This document shows, one piece after another, positions 36,283 to 36,965 of a DNA stretch of 36,965 nucleotides (position 1 is its first letter; the number at the start of each line of letters is the position of its first letter). The translations under genes and the position numbers were made by a program. Source of the stretch: a virus (lineage: Duplodnaviria > Caudoviricetes); the IMG/VR virus record IMGVR_UViG_3300032277_000030, positions 1 through 36,965 of that record; one strand, 5' to 3'. The notes below the pieces were generated by a model. The model searched no databases. It had not been told where the DNA came from and was given only the letters and a program-made list of their open reading frames with translations.

Positions 36283-36965
36283 AAAATCATATGCATATCA
36301 AATCAAAGGAAATAAAATATCTTTATTAGAGAATCAATTTGGATATGGTTCTGGCCAAGATGTAATTACTGTTAATGGATCAAGCATTAATCATAAACAG
36401 CACACATTAGATGAAATTGGACCAACAGGTAAACCTTCATGGGTTAGCCCTGATTCTGACGTTACAAATGGTATAGAAGTAGAATACGCATATAGTCCTA
36501 CATATTCAACGCCAACTAAAAGAATTGATTCTGGTACTGCAGATACTTACCATCTTTATAATGGATGGTTTGTCGTTGATGGATATCTTACTATTGGCCA
36601 ATATCTTAAAGACTGGGTAAATGATGCAAGCATAGCTGTAGACTCTTATATCTTAATTGAAGGATCAGATAGATGGAATGGTATTCATAAAGTTAAGGCT
36701 GTTCAAGATATTGCTGCTGGAGGATCTCATGGTGGTATTCAGACTTATACAAAAGTAGAAGATTCTACTAAATATTTTACTGACGATTCAGTCTCATGGG
36801 TTACAACAGCGAATACTATAACTGGAGTAAGCTCTAGCTTTTCTACTATTTTTAGTGCTAGCCCATCATCTAGTGAATATATATGGATTGCTGGTAGCGA
36901 TGCTAGTAGTGGTATAAATAATGGCTTGGTTTCAGGTTGGAGTTATAGTACAGGTAGTGGTGGCA
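36272..36965 (+). CDS. Tail-associated virion protein, 3'-truncated (not in the ORF track)
   Basis: AAGGA RBS; MATRKSYAYQIKGNKISLLE...GIEVEY..., open to the window end. Confidence 0.7.
   Translation, partial: MATRKSYAYQIKGNKISLLENQFGYGSGQDVITVNGSSINHKQHTLDEIGPTGKPSWVSPDSDVTNGIEVEYAYSPTYSTPTKRIDSGTADTYHLYNGWFVVDGYLTIGQYLKDWVNDASIAVDSYILIEGSDRWNGIHKVKAVQDIAAGGSHGGIQTYTKVEDSTKYFTDDSVSWVTTANTITGVSSSFSTIFSASPSSSEYIWIAGSDASSGINNGLVSGWSYSTGSGG

Noticed and set aside
166-36965. Stop-codon reassignment as in some crAss-like phages
   Set aside because: Genes are intact and densely packed under the standard code, TAG and TGA both act as stops, and no suppressor tRNA is seen.

Overview
This is an AT-rich (roughly one-third GC) fragment of a tailed dsDNA phage genome, most likely podovirus-type, in three blocks. 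(1) 1-11.3 kb (+) carries virion/ejection genes. These include a 2798-aa protein with two-barrel RNA polymerase motifs (NRYPR...GDYDVDK), i.e. a probable crAss-style virion RNA polymerase, and a 910-aa internal virion protein. (2) 11.3-24.7 kb (-) is a non-structural module: Holliday junction resolvase, AEP primase/PriL-like/helicase fusion, SSB, ERF recombinase, spore-photoproduct-lyase-like radical SAM enzyme, tRNA-Met(CAT), many small Zn-finger/membrane ORFs and two structured non-coding regions. No DNA polymerase is recognisable in it. (3) 24.9-37 kb (+) holds TerS, TerL, portal, scaffold, major capsid, two auxiliary capsid proteins and head-tail/tail proteins. The standout is an apparently complete phage-encoded ubiquitin-like conjugation system in the minus-strand block. 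It comprises a beta-grasp Ubl with an internal KTGG followed by a 60-aa extension, an E2-like protein, a JAB/JAMM peptidase and an E1/ThiF enzyme. All calls come from motif reading by eye; no database searches were run.
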